DNA of 64,000 bases from an uncultured Chloroflexia bacterium. GTDB taxonomy: Bacteria; Chloroflexota; Limnocylindria; Limnocylindrales; CSP1-4. Shown here piece by piece: positions 43,130-51,796 of this stretch. Positions within the stretch are counted from its first letter, which is position 1. Each line of letters opens with the position of its first letter. The notes under the pieces are model-generated. The model was not told the DNA's origin, ran no database searches, and saw nothing but the letters and a program-made list of their open reading frames with translations. A program made the translations under genes and the position numbers. Where the stretch lies: assembly GCA_963768655.1 (NCBI GenBank), contig CAVYIM010000005.1, forward strand, positions 478,046-542,045, written 5' to 3'.

Positions 43130-43795
43130 GTGATCGATCTGCTGCAGCCAGCTATTCAGAAGGTCGTCGAGGTCGCTTCCCGCAAGGGCGTGGCCCTCGA
43201 TATCCGGCTCATGCCCCACTCCGCGCACGGCGCCGCAGGGGCCGCCGAGGCCGTGCATGCCGATCTCGGCCAGATGGTCAAGGTCCTTGTCTTTGTGGCC
43301 CCTCGGCCCGAGAACCGGCTGGCGCCGGTCGTGTGCCTCGTCTCGGCTCGCAACCAGGTCGATCTGGCATTGCTCGCGGCGGTCACGGGCGAGGTCGCAA
43401 TTCGAGCGGCCAGCGCGATGGAGGTACAAGACCTGACCGGGTGCACGGTCGACGCCGTCGCGCCGTTCGGACACGGCCGTGACGTGCGCGTCCTGATGGA
43501 TCAGGATCTGTGCGCCTACCAGTGGACCTGGGCCGCCGCGGGCGACGGCTCGGCTGTTTTCCGGGTCGCGCCCCGGACGTTACGGATGCTGTCCAACGCC
43601 GTCGTGGCCCCGGTCGCCACGGCCAGCCGGCTGGCGGTTCGCCGGGCCTACTGGGGCGGAAGGCTGCCCGAAAGCCGGGCAGGTCGACCGGAGCATGTGC
43701 GAGTGTCTTCAGCTCTTGAGCACGCCCACCATGCGGCCCGCATCTCGCCCCTCGACGGGCATCGCCTTGGGCCAGTAGCGTGGCAAGCTGAATGA
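43130..43795 (+). CDS. YbaK/EbsC aminoacyl-tRNA deacylase family protein
   Basis: AAEAV..LGQMVKVLVF, VDL..LA, TGCTVDAVAPFGH, MDQDL..WAAAG. Confidence 0.8.
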   Translation: MIDLLQPAIQKVVEVASRKGVALDIRLMPHSAHGAAGAAEAVHADLGQMVKVLVFVAPRPENRLAPVVCLVSARNQVDLALLAAVTGEVAIRAASAMEVQDLTGCTVDAVAPFGHGRDVRVLMDQDLCAYQWTWAAAGDGSAVFRVAPRTLRMLSNAVVAPVATASRLAVRRAYWGGRLPESRAGRPEHVRVSSALEHAHHAARISPLDGHRLGPVAWQAE

Positions 43796-44626
43796 GACAC
43801 GCACCCCCGCGGATGTCTCGTCGAGCCATATCCGGCCGCCATGCGCCTTGACGAGCTGGCGGCAGAAGTCGAGGCCGGGTCGTAGGCTCAGATCCGCGCC
43901 ATCCGGCGTCGCCAGCTTGATGTCGTGGTCGAACGAGCTGGCGCGACCCACCGAGGCGAGCGGCAGAGCGGGGGCCCCGATCCGAGGCGAGCGCGACTCG
44001 AGCGGCGAGCCCGAATCCGAGGTCTCGCTTGCGAGCGGCTCATCGCCTCCTTGCGCGCTGACTACCACCCACGCCCCGGTCGAGCGTGCGCCAACGCGCA
44101 CGGCCCGGCCGTCGGCCGAGTCACTGGCGGTCGCCGTGACGAGAATCCGCAGGACGGAGACGATCCACACGGGATCGGCATTTACCAGGGGCAGCGCCGC
44201 GGGCAGCTGGACAATCAGTCGCGGCGGGTCGGTCTCCTCGTCGAGCTGGCGGCCAAGCTGGCTCAGCAGACTGCTGATCGCAACCGCCTGACACATCGGC
44301 CGCCCGTCGTTCTTCGAGGTGGTAACCGAGAGCACCTCCTCGGTGAGCTCGGCCACGTGCTCACTCGCAACCGAGATTCGGGCGAGGTAGCGGCCCCGTT
44401 CCTCATCGTCCAGATCCAGGTGGAGCAGCGTCTGGCTATAACCGCTGACCAGCGCCAGAGTTGTCCGCAGCTCCCGGGAGAGAGCTTCGAGCAGGGCCGA
44501 CCTCGCAGAATCGTCGGCCGTCTGCACGACACTCGAGTACCTGTCGCGCGGGCGCCCGCCGGCGCGCGCCGGCTGCGACGCGGGGCGGACCGGAACCGCG
44601 CCGACCAGTCTCAGTTCTCGGACCAT
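43709..44626 (-). CDS. Degenerate histidine-kinase-like protein lacking the phosphoacceptor His
   Basis: SRELRTTLALVSGYSQTLL (H replaced by R), LPLVNADPV, GLDFCRQLVKAHGGRIW; GGGAGG SD before ATG 44626. Confidence 0.75.
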   Translation of the reverse strand: MVRELRLVGAVPVRPASQPARAGGRPRDRYSSVVQTADDSARSALLEALSRELRTTLALVSGYSQTLLHLDLDDEERGRYLARISVASEHVAELTEEVLSVTTSKNDGRPMCQAVAISSLLSQLGRQLDEETDPPRLIVQLPAALPLVNADPVWIVSVLRILVTATASDSADGRAVRVGARSTGAWVVVSAQGGDEPLASETSDSGSPLESRSPRIGAPALPLASVGRASSFDHDIKLATPDGADLSLRPGLDFCRQLVKAHGGRIWLDETSAGVRVSFSLPRYWPKAMPVEGRDAGRMVGVLKS

Positions 44627-44662
44627 CGAGACGCCTCCCTGTGTCGCGCCTGTCTCGACGGC

Positions 44663-44724
44663 AAAAAAAACCCGCCACGGCATAGGTGCCGGAGCGGGAC
44701 TTCTCCGAATCGTAGTCCCGGAGA
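44663..44724 (-). terminator. Intrinsic terminator with overlapping antiterminator (attenuator) in the pseudo-kinase leader
   Basis: Minus strand CCCGCTCCGGCA-CCTA-TGCCGTGGCGGG-T8 (44698-44663); competing GGGACT/AGTCCC stem (44719-44696). Confidence 0.8.
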
Positions 44725-44815
44725 TAGGCTGGAGTAGGTCTAGTCCGGTGCGCCGCCGTTGTCAAGCTGGGTATCTGCCCATGTGCGTCTGCCGAGCCCG
44801 GAGTGGTTCAGATCG

Positions 44816-45391
44816 TCAGGGCGAAACCCTGACCACTCCGGCAAGGCTCATAGCGCACTCGAGGCCCACGACGACGCTGTCGGCCGTGACGAGGAGCCGG
44901 CGCGCGGCGTCGGGTGAATCGATGAGACCATCTGCGACGATCGGCCGCGGCAAGCTCTCGAGGTCGCCCGCCGTCAGGTGTGACAGGACCGGGCCAGGCG
45001 AGATGACGGTGCCGACGCCCGGCCTGGCCGGGTGGCTCTCGAGGGCGCGTTTCAGGCCCGTCGAGTCGAAGGCGAAGATATGGACGAGACCAAGTGCGCC
45101 CGCTTCGGCGGCGAGTGCGGCGAGGGCGGGCCGTCGCGTCATGACGATCCCGATCCCCAGGCTGCCCACGACGAACCTTGCCCCTGCCTCGTCAGCGTTC
45201 AGGCCATCCACGCCGTCCAGGTCAACGGCGAGCCTCTCCCGGCCGGCCTCTGCCTGGACCACAAGGGACGTCAGATCCAGGTCACGCAGGAGTATCCCGA
45301 CCTCCACGTCGCCCGCCCCGTCAAGGGATAGGCGTCCGGAGCCGGCGACGAAGACCGGGGGCAGGATCTGGTGCGATGGGCTGTCAGGCAA
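44816..45391 (-). CDS. glpP: Glycerol-3-phosphate-responsive antiterminator GlpP-like paralogue 2
   Basis: AVDLDGVDGLNADEAG, IVMTRR, HIFAFDS, ISPG, PIVADGLI align with the GlpP pattern. Confidence 0.7.
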   Translation of the reverse strand: MPDSPSHQILPPVFVAGSGRLSLDGAGDVEVGILLRDLDLTSLVVQAEAGRERLAVDLDGVDGLNADEAGARFVVGSLGIGIVMTRRPALAALAAEAGALGLVHIFAFDSTGLKRALESHPARPGVGTVISPGPVLSHLTAGDLESLPRPIVADGLIDSPDAARRLLVTADSVVVGLECAMSLAGVVRVSP

Positions 45392-45974
45392 GCTGAGCTC
45401 CCCACAGGCTCTGGGTGCTGGTCGTCACGCCGGCCGCCCCGGCGGCCAGCGCGGCACGTGCTTCCGCCGCGGTCCGTATGAAGCCGCCGGCAAGGAGCGG
45501 CACGTCCATTTGAGGGAGGAGATGGCGCACGTCCGGCAGGATGACGCCAGGCAGGATCTCCACGATGTCCGCTCCGGAGCGAGCGACCGCGGACAATCCC
45601 GAGTCGAGCAGGCTGCGCCGGACGAGCAGCAGACGATGGATCCCGACCATGTGCTCGCGGCGGATCGCGGGCATGAGCTGGCCGTGGGAGCTGATGACCG
45701 CATCGACGCCGGCCCGGGCGAGCCAGACGACGGCGGCGCGATCCGGCCGCAACCCGTCGACCAGATCTAGGTGGACCGCCACGAGCTTGCCGGCAGCATG
45801 GACGCGGACCACCAGAGGTCGCATCTCGAGCCCGTCGCCGCGCAGGATGAAGAGCGTCGAAACGGCACTCGCGAGGGCCGCCTCGAGATGCGCGTCGGAC
45901 GTGATCGCAGCGCAGCAGGGCGACGCGGCCAGCCGAGCCAGGAACTCCGAAAGTTTGGCCGAGGGAGCTGCCAT
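45384..45974 (-). CDS. glpP: Glycerol-3-phosphate-responsive antiterminator GlpP
   Basis: GKLVAVHLDLVDGL..D, ADIVEILPG, PLLAGGFI, AGAAGVTTS..LW. Confidence 0.88.
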   Translation of the reverse strand: MAAPSAKLSEFLARLAASPCCAAITSDAHLEAALASAVSTLFILRGDGLEMRPLVVRVHAAGKLVAVHLDLVDGLRPDRAAVVWLARAGVDAVISSHGQLMPAIRREHMVGIHRLLLVRRSLLDSGLSAVARSGADIVEILPGVILPDVRHLLPQMDVPLLAGGFIRTAAEARAALAAGAAGVTTSTQSLWGAQLA

Positions 45975-46050
45975 TCCGCGTCCTCATCGTCCTGCCGGAG
46001 CTACAGCTTAGCCCAGCGCCGCAACGGCAAGACCGATGCGACTCGGTCTG

Positions 46051-46458
46051 TCAGTGATAGGAAGTGATCACCCAGGTCAGCCAGAGCCCGTAGGCGACGA
46101 TCACGACGCCCAGCCCCGAGAGGACGCGAGTGATCCAGGACTCGACCTTCGGGCTGAACCCGAAGTCGAACAGCACGGCGCGCAGGCCGAGCAGGCCATG
46201 CCAGGTCACCGCGACGAGGAATACCACCTCGAGCACGACGACCGCCGGGTTCGACATGTAGGCCACGACGTCGGCGAAGTCGCGCAGGCCGTTCTTGACG
46301 ACGAAGTGGTTGGCAATCATGTGGAGCGTCACGAGGACCAGGACCAGCATTCCTGTCACGGCCTGCAGAATCCAGCCCCATGTGGGCTTCGTCACTTCGC
46401 CGGAAGGGCTCCACGTCGTTCCGGTCCGATCGCGCGGGGGTTGCTCTCGTGTGGTCAT
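46051..46458 (-). CDS. sdhD: Complex II-type hydrophobic anchor (SdhD-like)
   Basis: Three TM helices; WILQAVTG..LHM, WHGLLGLR..LFD (two His haem ligands). Confidence 0.85.
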   Translation of the reverse strand: MTTREQPPRDRTGTTWSPSGEVTKPTWGWILQAVTGMLVLVLVTLHMIANHFVVKNGLRDFADVVAYMSNPAVVVLEVVFLVAVTWHGLLGLRAVLFDFGFSPKVESWITRVLSGLGVVIVAYGLWLTWVITSYH

Positions 46459-46462
46459 TCCT

Positions 46463-46894
46463 CTACCCCACCTCGATGATGCGGAGGGCGGCAACGACAA
46501 GGACGATCGCGCCGAGCACCATCAGCGCCACCAACATCGCTCTCTGTCGATCGACCACCAGGCCGAAGCCGACGAGCGTCACCCGGATTCCGTTCAGCCC
46601 GTGGAAGAGCAGGCCAAAAATCAGGACGATGTCGAAGAAGAGGAACACCGGGCTCAGAGCGACCGAGACGAAGTCGTTCCAGGCCGACGGCCCGCGAGCC
46701 AGCAACGACAGCACGATGAGGTGGAGGAAGAGATAGAGCAGGATTCCGAGTCCGGTCAGCCTGTTGATAATGAAGGCCCATCCCCCAAGGCGCCGGCCGC
46801 GAGGATCGCCCCAGCCGGCCACGCCGCGCCTGCGCCGGCTCGCGCCTTCGGCTCCGCGCTGGACCGAATTCCGCTCGACTGATTCCTCTCTCAC
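46463..46894 (-). CDS. sdhC: Complex II-type cytochrome b556 subunit (SdhC-like)
   Basis: WAFIINRLTG..YLFLHL, FHGLNGIR; GTG overlaps the sdhB stop. Confidence 0.85.
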   Translation of the reverse strand: MREESVERNSVQRGAEGASRRRRGVAGWGDPRGRRLGGWAFIINRLTGLGILLYLFLHLIVLSLLARGPSAWNDFVSVALSPVFLFFDIVLIFGLLFHGLNGIRVTLVGFGLVVDRQRAMLVALMVLGAIVLVVAALRIIEVG

Positions 46895-47664
46895 GAATGC
46901 CTCCCGCCAAAGATGGACCGCAGCCGTTCGGCCGCCAGCCGCCGCCGCAGAAGCATGATCTTGCCCGCCGGATCGACATTCGACGGGCACGCATCCGAGC
47001 ATTCGAAGGCGGCGTGGCACCGCCAGGTCCCCTGCGCATCGTCGGTGAGCTGGAGCACTGCCTCAGGATCGAGCCCGCGCGGCTCCTCGACCGCCCGCCA
47101 GGCCGCAGCCAGCGCCGCCGGCCCGAGATATCGCGGGTCCGTAGCGACGACCGGGCAGGCCGAGAGGCAGAGCCCGCATTCGATGCAGCTCTCGAAGCGC
47201 CCGTAGCCCTCGACACCGGGCGGCACGGCTGACCCAGTCAGCCAATCGCTCTTCTGCACGAGGGCTCGGCCGATGGCGTTGAATCTGGCGTAGAAGTCGA
47301 CCATGTCCGTGGCGAGGTCCGCAACAAGGGCCTGATTCGCGATCGGCTCGACCTTGACGACCGAGCTCCGGAGCTCTACGACCTTGGTGACGCAAGCCAT
47401 CACCTCGCGGTCGTTGACCCGCATGCCGCACGTCCCGCACGACGCATGGAAGCACGAGTGACGAAGAATGAGAGTCGGATCGAACCGAGTGCGGATGCTA
47501 GTGAGGGCATCCAGGACCGTCGTCTCCTCGGCCACGTCGACCGTGAACTCGTCGAAGTGGGGGGCGCGGTCGCCTTCCTTGTAACGAAAGACGCGGAAAC
47601 GGACCGGCCGGCCCGTGCCTTCGGTGGCATGGGTATCTCTGTGCGGATCCATCACGGCGCTCAT
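46891..47664 (-). CDS. sdhB: Complex II-type iron-sulfur subunit (SdhB/FrdB-like)
   Basis: TVLDAL, SCFHASCGTC..MAC [2Fe-2S], CIECGLCLSACP, YLGPAAL, WRCHAAFECSDACP; ATG overlaps the glpA stop. Confidence 0.92.
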   Translation of the reverse strand: MSAVMDPHRDTHATEGTGRPVRFRVFRYKEGDRAPHFDEFTVDVAEETTVLDALTSIRTRFDPTLILRHSCFHASCGTCGMRVNDREVMACVTKVVELRSSVVKVEPIANQALVADLATDMVDFYARFNAIGRALVQKSDWLTGSAVPPGVEGYGRFESCIECGLCLSACPVVATDPRYLGPAALAAAWRAVEEPRGLDPEAVLQLTDDAQGTWRCHAAFECSDACPSNVDPAGKIMLLRRRLAAERLRSIFGGRHS

Positions 47665-48863
47665 GCGTAGTAGGCGGTATGGGGGAGCAGGGGATACTCC
47701 CGCGTCCGGCACGGGCTCTCGATCCCCAGCTTCCTGCAGACGACGTCGGCGGTCGCCTCAGCCATCGCCCGGAGAGTCGTCGCCTTACCTCCGGAGATGG
47801 TCACGATGCCCTCGACGCCCTCTTCGGCCTTGTGGTCGAAGCACTTGAACGTCCGGCTCAGCTCGCGTCCGGACGCGGCACTCCGCTCGCCGACGAGCGG
47901 GCGCGCAGCCGACCAGGTGGCGCGTGTCTGGGCCGACCGGATCGTCGGGATCAGCGCCGAGCCCGACTGGAACATCATCTCCACGTGGTCTGCAGGAACG
48001 GTGAGACGGTCCGGGTCGTCGGTCACCCAGGAACTTGTCCCGATGACAGAGAGCTCGCGCTGGGGCACGACTATGTCCCCGTCGCCGGATTCGTGGAGCC
48101 GATTGATAACCATGTTGCAGAAGCGGCCCCGGACGGCGACCAGAATCCCAGGAGAGGGCTGGATCGGCACGTCGACGCCGGCCATACGGGCGACCCTCTC
48201 GCCCCAGGGTCCGGCTGCGTTCACGACAAGGTCCGCGCCAATCTCGTAGCGCCGGCCGTTGGTATGGTCCTGCACTGACACTCCTGTGACGCAGTGGCCA
48301 TTCGGCCGCTGGACGATCGTCATCGCAACGGCCTCGGTGAACGGCCTGATCGTCGCCCCGTTCCGCTTGGCCGTGGCGAAGAAGCGCAGTGGCAGGCGCA
48401 TCGCGTCCATCGTCCCGTCCGGGACCTGGACCGCGCAGCGCAGCGCCGGGTTGAGGTTTGGTTCGAGGCGCAGCGCTTCCTCGCGTGTCACCCGGCGTGC
48501 CGGGATGTTCGAGGCGAGGCAGGACTCGAAGAAGCGCGGCTCGTACGCCTCGTCCTCCGCCGTGATCGCCACGAACAGCCCGTCGTTCAGCTCGAGCGAA
48601 TCGGGAGCGATCCGGCGAAGGATCTGGTTCTCCTCGATGCACTCCACGGCCGACTCCCGGTCCTTCACCGCATATCTCGCCCCGCTGTGCAGGAGACCGT
48701 GGTGCCGGCCGGTAGTGCCGGATGTCAGCTCACCCCGCTCGACGAGCGTGACGCGCAGACCGCGCAGCACGAGGTCGTGCGCAACTGCTCCTCCGGTTCC
48801 CCCTCCCCCGATGATGACGACGTGGGGCGCGCTTCTTACTTGAGACATCTGTGCCTGAGGCAT
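47661..48863 (-). CDS. glpA: FAD-dependent glycerol-3-phosphate dehydrogenase, GlpA-like, without C-terminal BFD domain
   Basis: IIGGGGTG, SGTTGRHHGLLHSGARYAV.D.ESAVECIEEN, VNAAGPW, GDGDI, RPL, ISGGKATT.R.MAE, CRT. Confidence 0.9.
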   Translation of the reverse strand: MPQAQMSQVRSAPHVVIIGGGGTGGAVAHDLVLRGLRVTLVERGELTSGTTGRHHGLLHSGARYAVKDRESAVECIEENQILRRIAPDSLELNDGLFVAITAEDEAYEPRFFESCLASNIPARRVTREEALRLEPNLNPALRCAVQVPDGTMDAMRLPLRFFATAKRNGATIRPFTEAVAMTIVQRPNGHCVTGVSVQDHTNGRRYEIGADLVVNAAGPWGERVARMAGVDVPIQPSPGILVAVRGRFCNMVINRLHESGDGDIVVPQRELSVIGTSSWVTDDPDRLTVPADHVEMMFQSGSALIPTIRSAQTRATWSAARPLVGERSAASGRELSRTFKCFDHKAEEGVEGIVTISGGKATTLRAMAEATADVVCRKLGIESPCRTREYPLLPHTAYYA

Positions 48864-48918
48864 CTGTACGTCACGTCTCACGCGTGTTGGCCGACCTTCG
48901 CGGCTGCTGCTTGAACCC

Positions 48919-48946
48919 CGGTGGGCCGGCCTGGGCCGGCCCACCG
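48919..48946. other. Perfect GC-rich inverted repeat between glpK and glpA
   Basis: cggtgggccggcc-tg-ggccggcccaccg; no U-tract. Confidence 0.7.
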
Positions 48947-48962
48947 AAGCCCGTCAGAGGTG

Positions 48963-50459
48963 CTACTCGACCCAGTCGAAGGTCCGGGTCACGGCCTTCT
49001 TCCAGAGCTTGTAGTCCTTCTCGCGAGTGGTCGCGTCCATTTCGGGCGCCCACTCCTTGTCCTTCTGCCAGTTGGCCCGCAGGTCCTCGACCGCGGCCCA
49101 GAAGCCGGTCGCGAGGCCGGCTGCGTAGGCCGCGCCGAGGGCTGTCGTTTCAGCCACCTTAGGCCGGACCACCGGCACGCCCAGGACGTCGGCCTGGAAC
49201 TGCATGAGCAGGTTGTTGAACACCATGCCGCCGTCAACCTTGAGGGCCTTGAGCGGAACGCCGGAGTCGGCGTTCATCGCGTCGAGAACCTCGCGGGTCT
49301 GCCAGGCCGTCGCCTCGAGAACCGCCCGGGCGATGTGGCCCTTGTTCACGTAGCGGGTGAGGCCGGCGATGACTCCTCGGGCATCGCTCTTCCAATACGG
49401 AGCGAAGAGCCCCGAGAAGGCCGGCACGAAGTACACGCCGCCGTTGTCGTCGACGGTCTTGGCCAGGTCTTCGATCTCCGACGAGGTCTTGATCATGCCC
49501 AGGTTGTCGCGCAGCCACTGGACGAGGGCGCCGGTGATCGCGATCGAGCCCTCGAGGGCGTAGACCGCGGGCTGGTCGCCGATCTTGTAGCCGAGCGTCG
49601 TCAGCAGACCGCTCTTGGACGGCACTGCCTTCGTGCCCGTGTTGAGGAGCATGAAGCAGCCGGTGCCGTAGGTGTTCTTCGCCTCGCCGGGCGAGAAGCA
49701 TGTCTGGCCGAAGAGGGCGGCCTGCTGGTCGCCGAGGTCACCGGCAACGGGCACGCCAGCGAGATCGCCAACGGCCTTGCCATAGACGGCGCTCGACGGC
49801 TTGACCGCCGGCAGCATGGAGCGCGGGATGGTCATGAGCTTTAGGATCTCGGGATCCCAGTCGAGGGTCGCAAGATTCATGAGCATCGTCCGGCTGGCGT
49901 TACTCACGTCGGTGACGTGAACGCCGCCGTTGACGCCGCCGGTGAGATTCCAGATGCACCACGTGTCGATGTTCCCGAACAGCAGGTCGCCTGCCTCTGC
50001 CTTGGCGCGGGCGCCGGCGACATTGTCGAGAATCCACTTGACCTTCGGACCGGAGAAGTAAGTTGCGAGCGGCAGGCCGACCTTGGCCCGCAGGCGGTCC
50101 TGGCCGCCCTGCTTGGCAAACTCATTGATGATCACGTCCGTCCGGGTGTCCTGCCAGACGATCGCGTTGTAGACCGGCTTGCCGGTCTTGCGATCCCAGA
50201 CGACCGTCGTCTCGCGCTGGTTGGTGACTCCCACCGCAGCGAGGTCCGAGGCGGCGATGCCCGCCTTCTTGAGCGCGCCACGGATGACCTCGCCGCAGCG
50301 GGTCCAGATCTCCATCGCGTCGTGCTCGACCCAGCCCGGCTTGGGGTAGATCTGTTCGTGCTCTTTCTGATCGATCCCGACCACGCCACCGCTGTGGTCG
50401 AAGATCATGAAACGTGTGCTTGTGGTGCCCTGGTCCAGGGCGCCGACATACTTGGCCAT
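48963..50459 (-). CDS. glpK: Glycerol kinase
   Basis: [69 protein letters not shown]. Confidence 0.98.
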   Translation of the reverse strand: MAKYVGALDQGTTSTRFMIFDHSGGVVGIDQKEHEQIYPKPGWVEHDAMEIWTRCGEVIRGALKKAGIAASDLAAVGVTNQRETTVVWDRKTGKPVYNAIVWQDTRTDVIINEFAKQGGQDRLRAKVGLPLATYFSGPKVKWILDNVAGARAKAEAGDLLFGNIDTWCIWNLTGGVNGGVHVTDVSNASRTMLMNLATLDWDPEILKLMTIPRSMLPAVKPSSAVYGKAVGDLAGVPVAGDLGDQQAALFGQTCFSPGEAKNTYGTGCFMLLNTGTKAVPSKSGLLTTLGYKIGDQPAVYALEGSIAITGALVQWLRDNLGMIKTSSEIEDLAKTVDDNGGVYFVPAFSGLFAPYWKSDARGVIAGLTRYVNKGHIARAVLEATAWQTREVLDAMNADSGVPLKALKVDGGMVFNNLLMQFQADVLGVPVVRPKVAETTALGAAYAAGLATGFWAAVEDLRANWQKDKEWAPEMDATTREKDYKLWKKAVTRTFDWVE

Positions 50460-50728
50460 ACGGACCTCACTTCGTTCGCTTCGACCAGAAGAACGTTCCT
50501 ATCGGGCAGCCTCGGATCACACGCCCGCGGCAGGCCCTCAGGAGTGCACACCAAGAGTTGCGGGGGTCCTGGTGACCCTCGCTGCGCTCTCTGACATTGC
50601 TCACCCGACACCCTGGCTGAGGCGTCGTGAGCTTCCCTACGAACCTCTTCGCCACCACACGGCGTCAGCCCCGCGTGTCGTCCCGCCGGCGCGAACGAGA
50701 TCGAGCCGGCGGCGACGGACAGGGACGA

Positions 50729-51493
50729 CTAGTGCGGAATCTGCAGGACGATGTAGTTCGTGAAAGCGACGTAGTAGACGATCGCCGCCAGGGCGCCGCC
50801 GATCAGCGGGCCGACGACAGGAACCCACGAGTACGCCCAGTCGGAGCCGCCCTTGCCGGGGATCGGCAGGATGGCGTGGACGATGCGCGGACCCAGGTCG
50901 CGGGCGGGGTTGATTGCGTATCCGGTCGTGCCTCCCAACGAGAGGCCGATGACCACGACCAGCAGACCAACGGGCAGCGCGCCTAGATCGGCTGGCGCCT
51001 TCGATCCCGGTTGGCCGAACGCGAAGATCACGAAGACGAGCACGAAGGTGCCGATGATCTCCGAGATCAGGTTGAGGGGCAGGTTGCGGATGTTCGGCGC
51101 TGTGCAGAACACCGCCAGCTTCAGGGCCTTGTCTTCGGTAGCCTTGAAGTGGTCCCAATAGTGGAGTGACACCAGGGCCGCACCGATCATTGCGCCAATG
51201 AACTCACCGGCGATGTATGGAGGAACGGCCTGCCAGGTGATACCTGTGCTGCCCTGCTTGATCGATTCCATCGTTGCGAGGCCGAGTGTCACGGCCGGGT
51301 TGAGGTGAGCGCCGCTGAGCGGTCCCGCCACAACCACGCCGCAAAACACGGCCAGACCCCATGCCATGGTTATGACAATCCAGCCGGCATTCTGGGCCTT
51401 GGATTTCGTCAGCAGCACACCCGCCACGACGCCATCGCCCAAAAGGATGAGCGTCGCGGTTCCGAAGACCTCAGCGAAGAACTTCTCCCACAT
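50729..51493 (-). CDS. glpF: Glycerol uptake facilitator (MIP family)
   Basis: [10 protein letters not shown] and [17 protein letters not shown] motifs; GAGGAG SD. Confidence 0.96.
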   Translation of the reverse strand: MWEKFFAEVFGTATLILLGDGVVAGVLLTKSKAQNAGWIVITMAWGLAVFCGVVVAGPLSGAHLNPAVTLGLATMESIKQGSTGITWQAVPPYIAGEFIGAMIGAALVSLHYWDHFKATEDKALKLAVFCTAPNIRNLPLNLISEIIGTFVLVFVIFAFGQPGSKAPADLGALPVGLLVVVIGLSLGGTTGYAINPARDLGPRIVHAILPIPGKGGSDWAYSWVPVVGPLIGGALAAIVYYVAFTNYIVLQIPH

Positions 51494-51796
51494 TGGCTGT
51501 CTCCTCGATATCCGTGAGAAATGGATTTTTGCGAGGACAGACGCAGGTCGACTTGTTTCGGGTCGTCGGAGTTGGCGACCTCGGACGGTAGATCGCGGCT
51601 CGACGGCGCCACATCCGGGCGCGGAGCACGCGCCACGACTTGAGCCTTCTCTCCTCCTTTCCAGCCCAGCTCGACGGCCACACTGAATGGGCGCGTAGAG
51701 GACTCCCGGACGAACCGGTCGGATGAACTCTAGGTCTGGAAGCGGCCGAAGAACCTCAAATCATTATCCAAAAGCGCCGCGGGACGGGCTGCCTCG

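Noticed and set aside
43709-43795. 87-bp convergent overlap of ybaK and the pseudo-kinase
   Set aside because: Both overlapping tails lie outside recognisable domains; common in high-GC genomes.
46051-47664. Ordinary succinate dehydrogenase operon
   Set aside because: The coupled flavoprotein has GlpA motifs (HGLLHSGARY) and lacks SdhA motifs such as the FAD-binding SHTxxAxGG.
51409-51683. Leader ORFs upstream of glpF near a strong AAAGGAGG
   Set aside because: No well-spaced start codon after the SD-like sequence and no recognisable peptide features.
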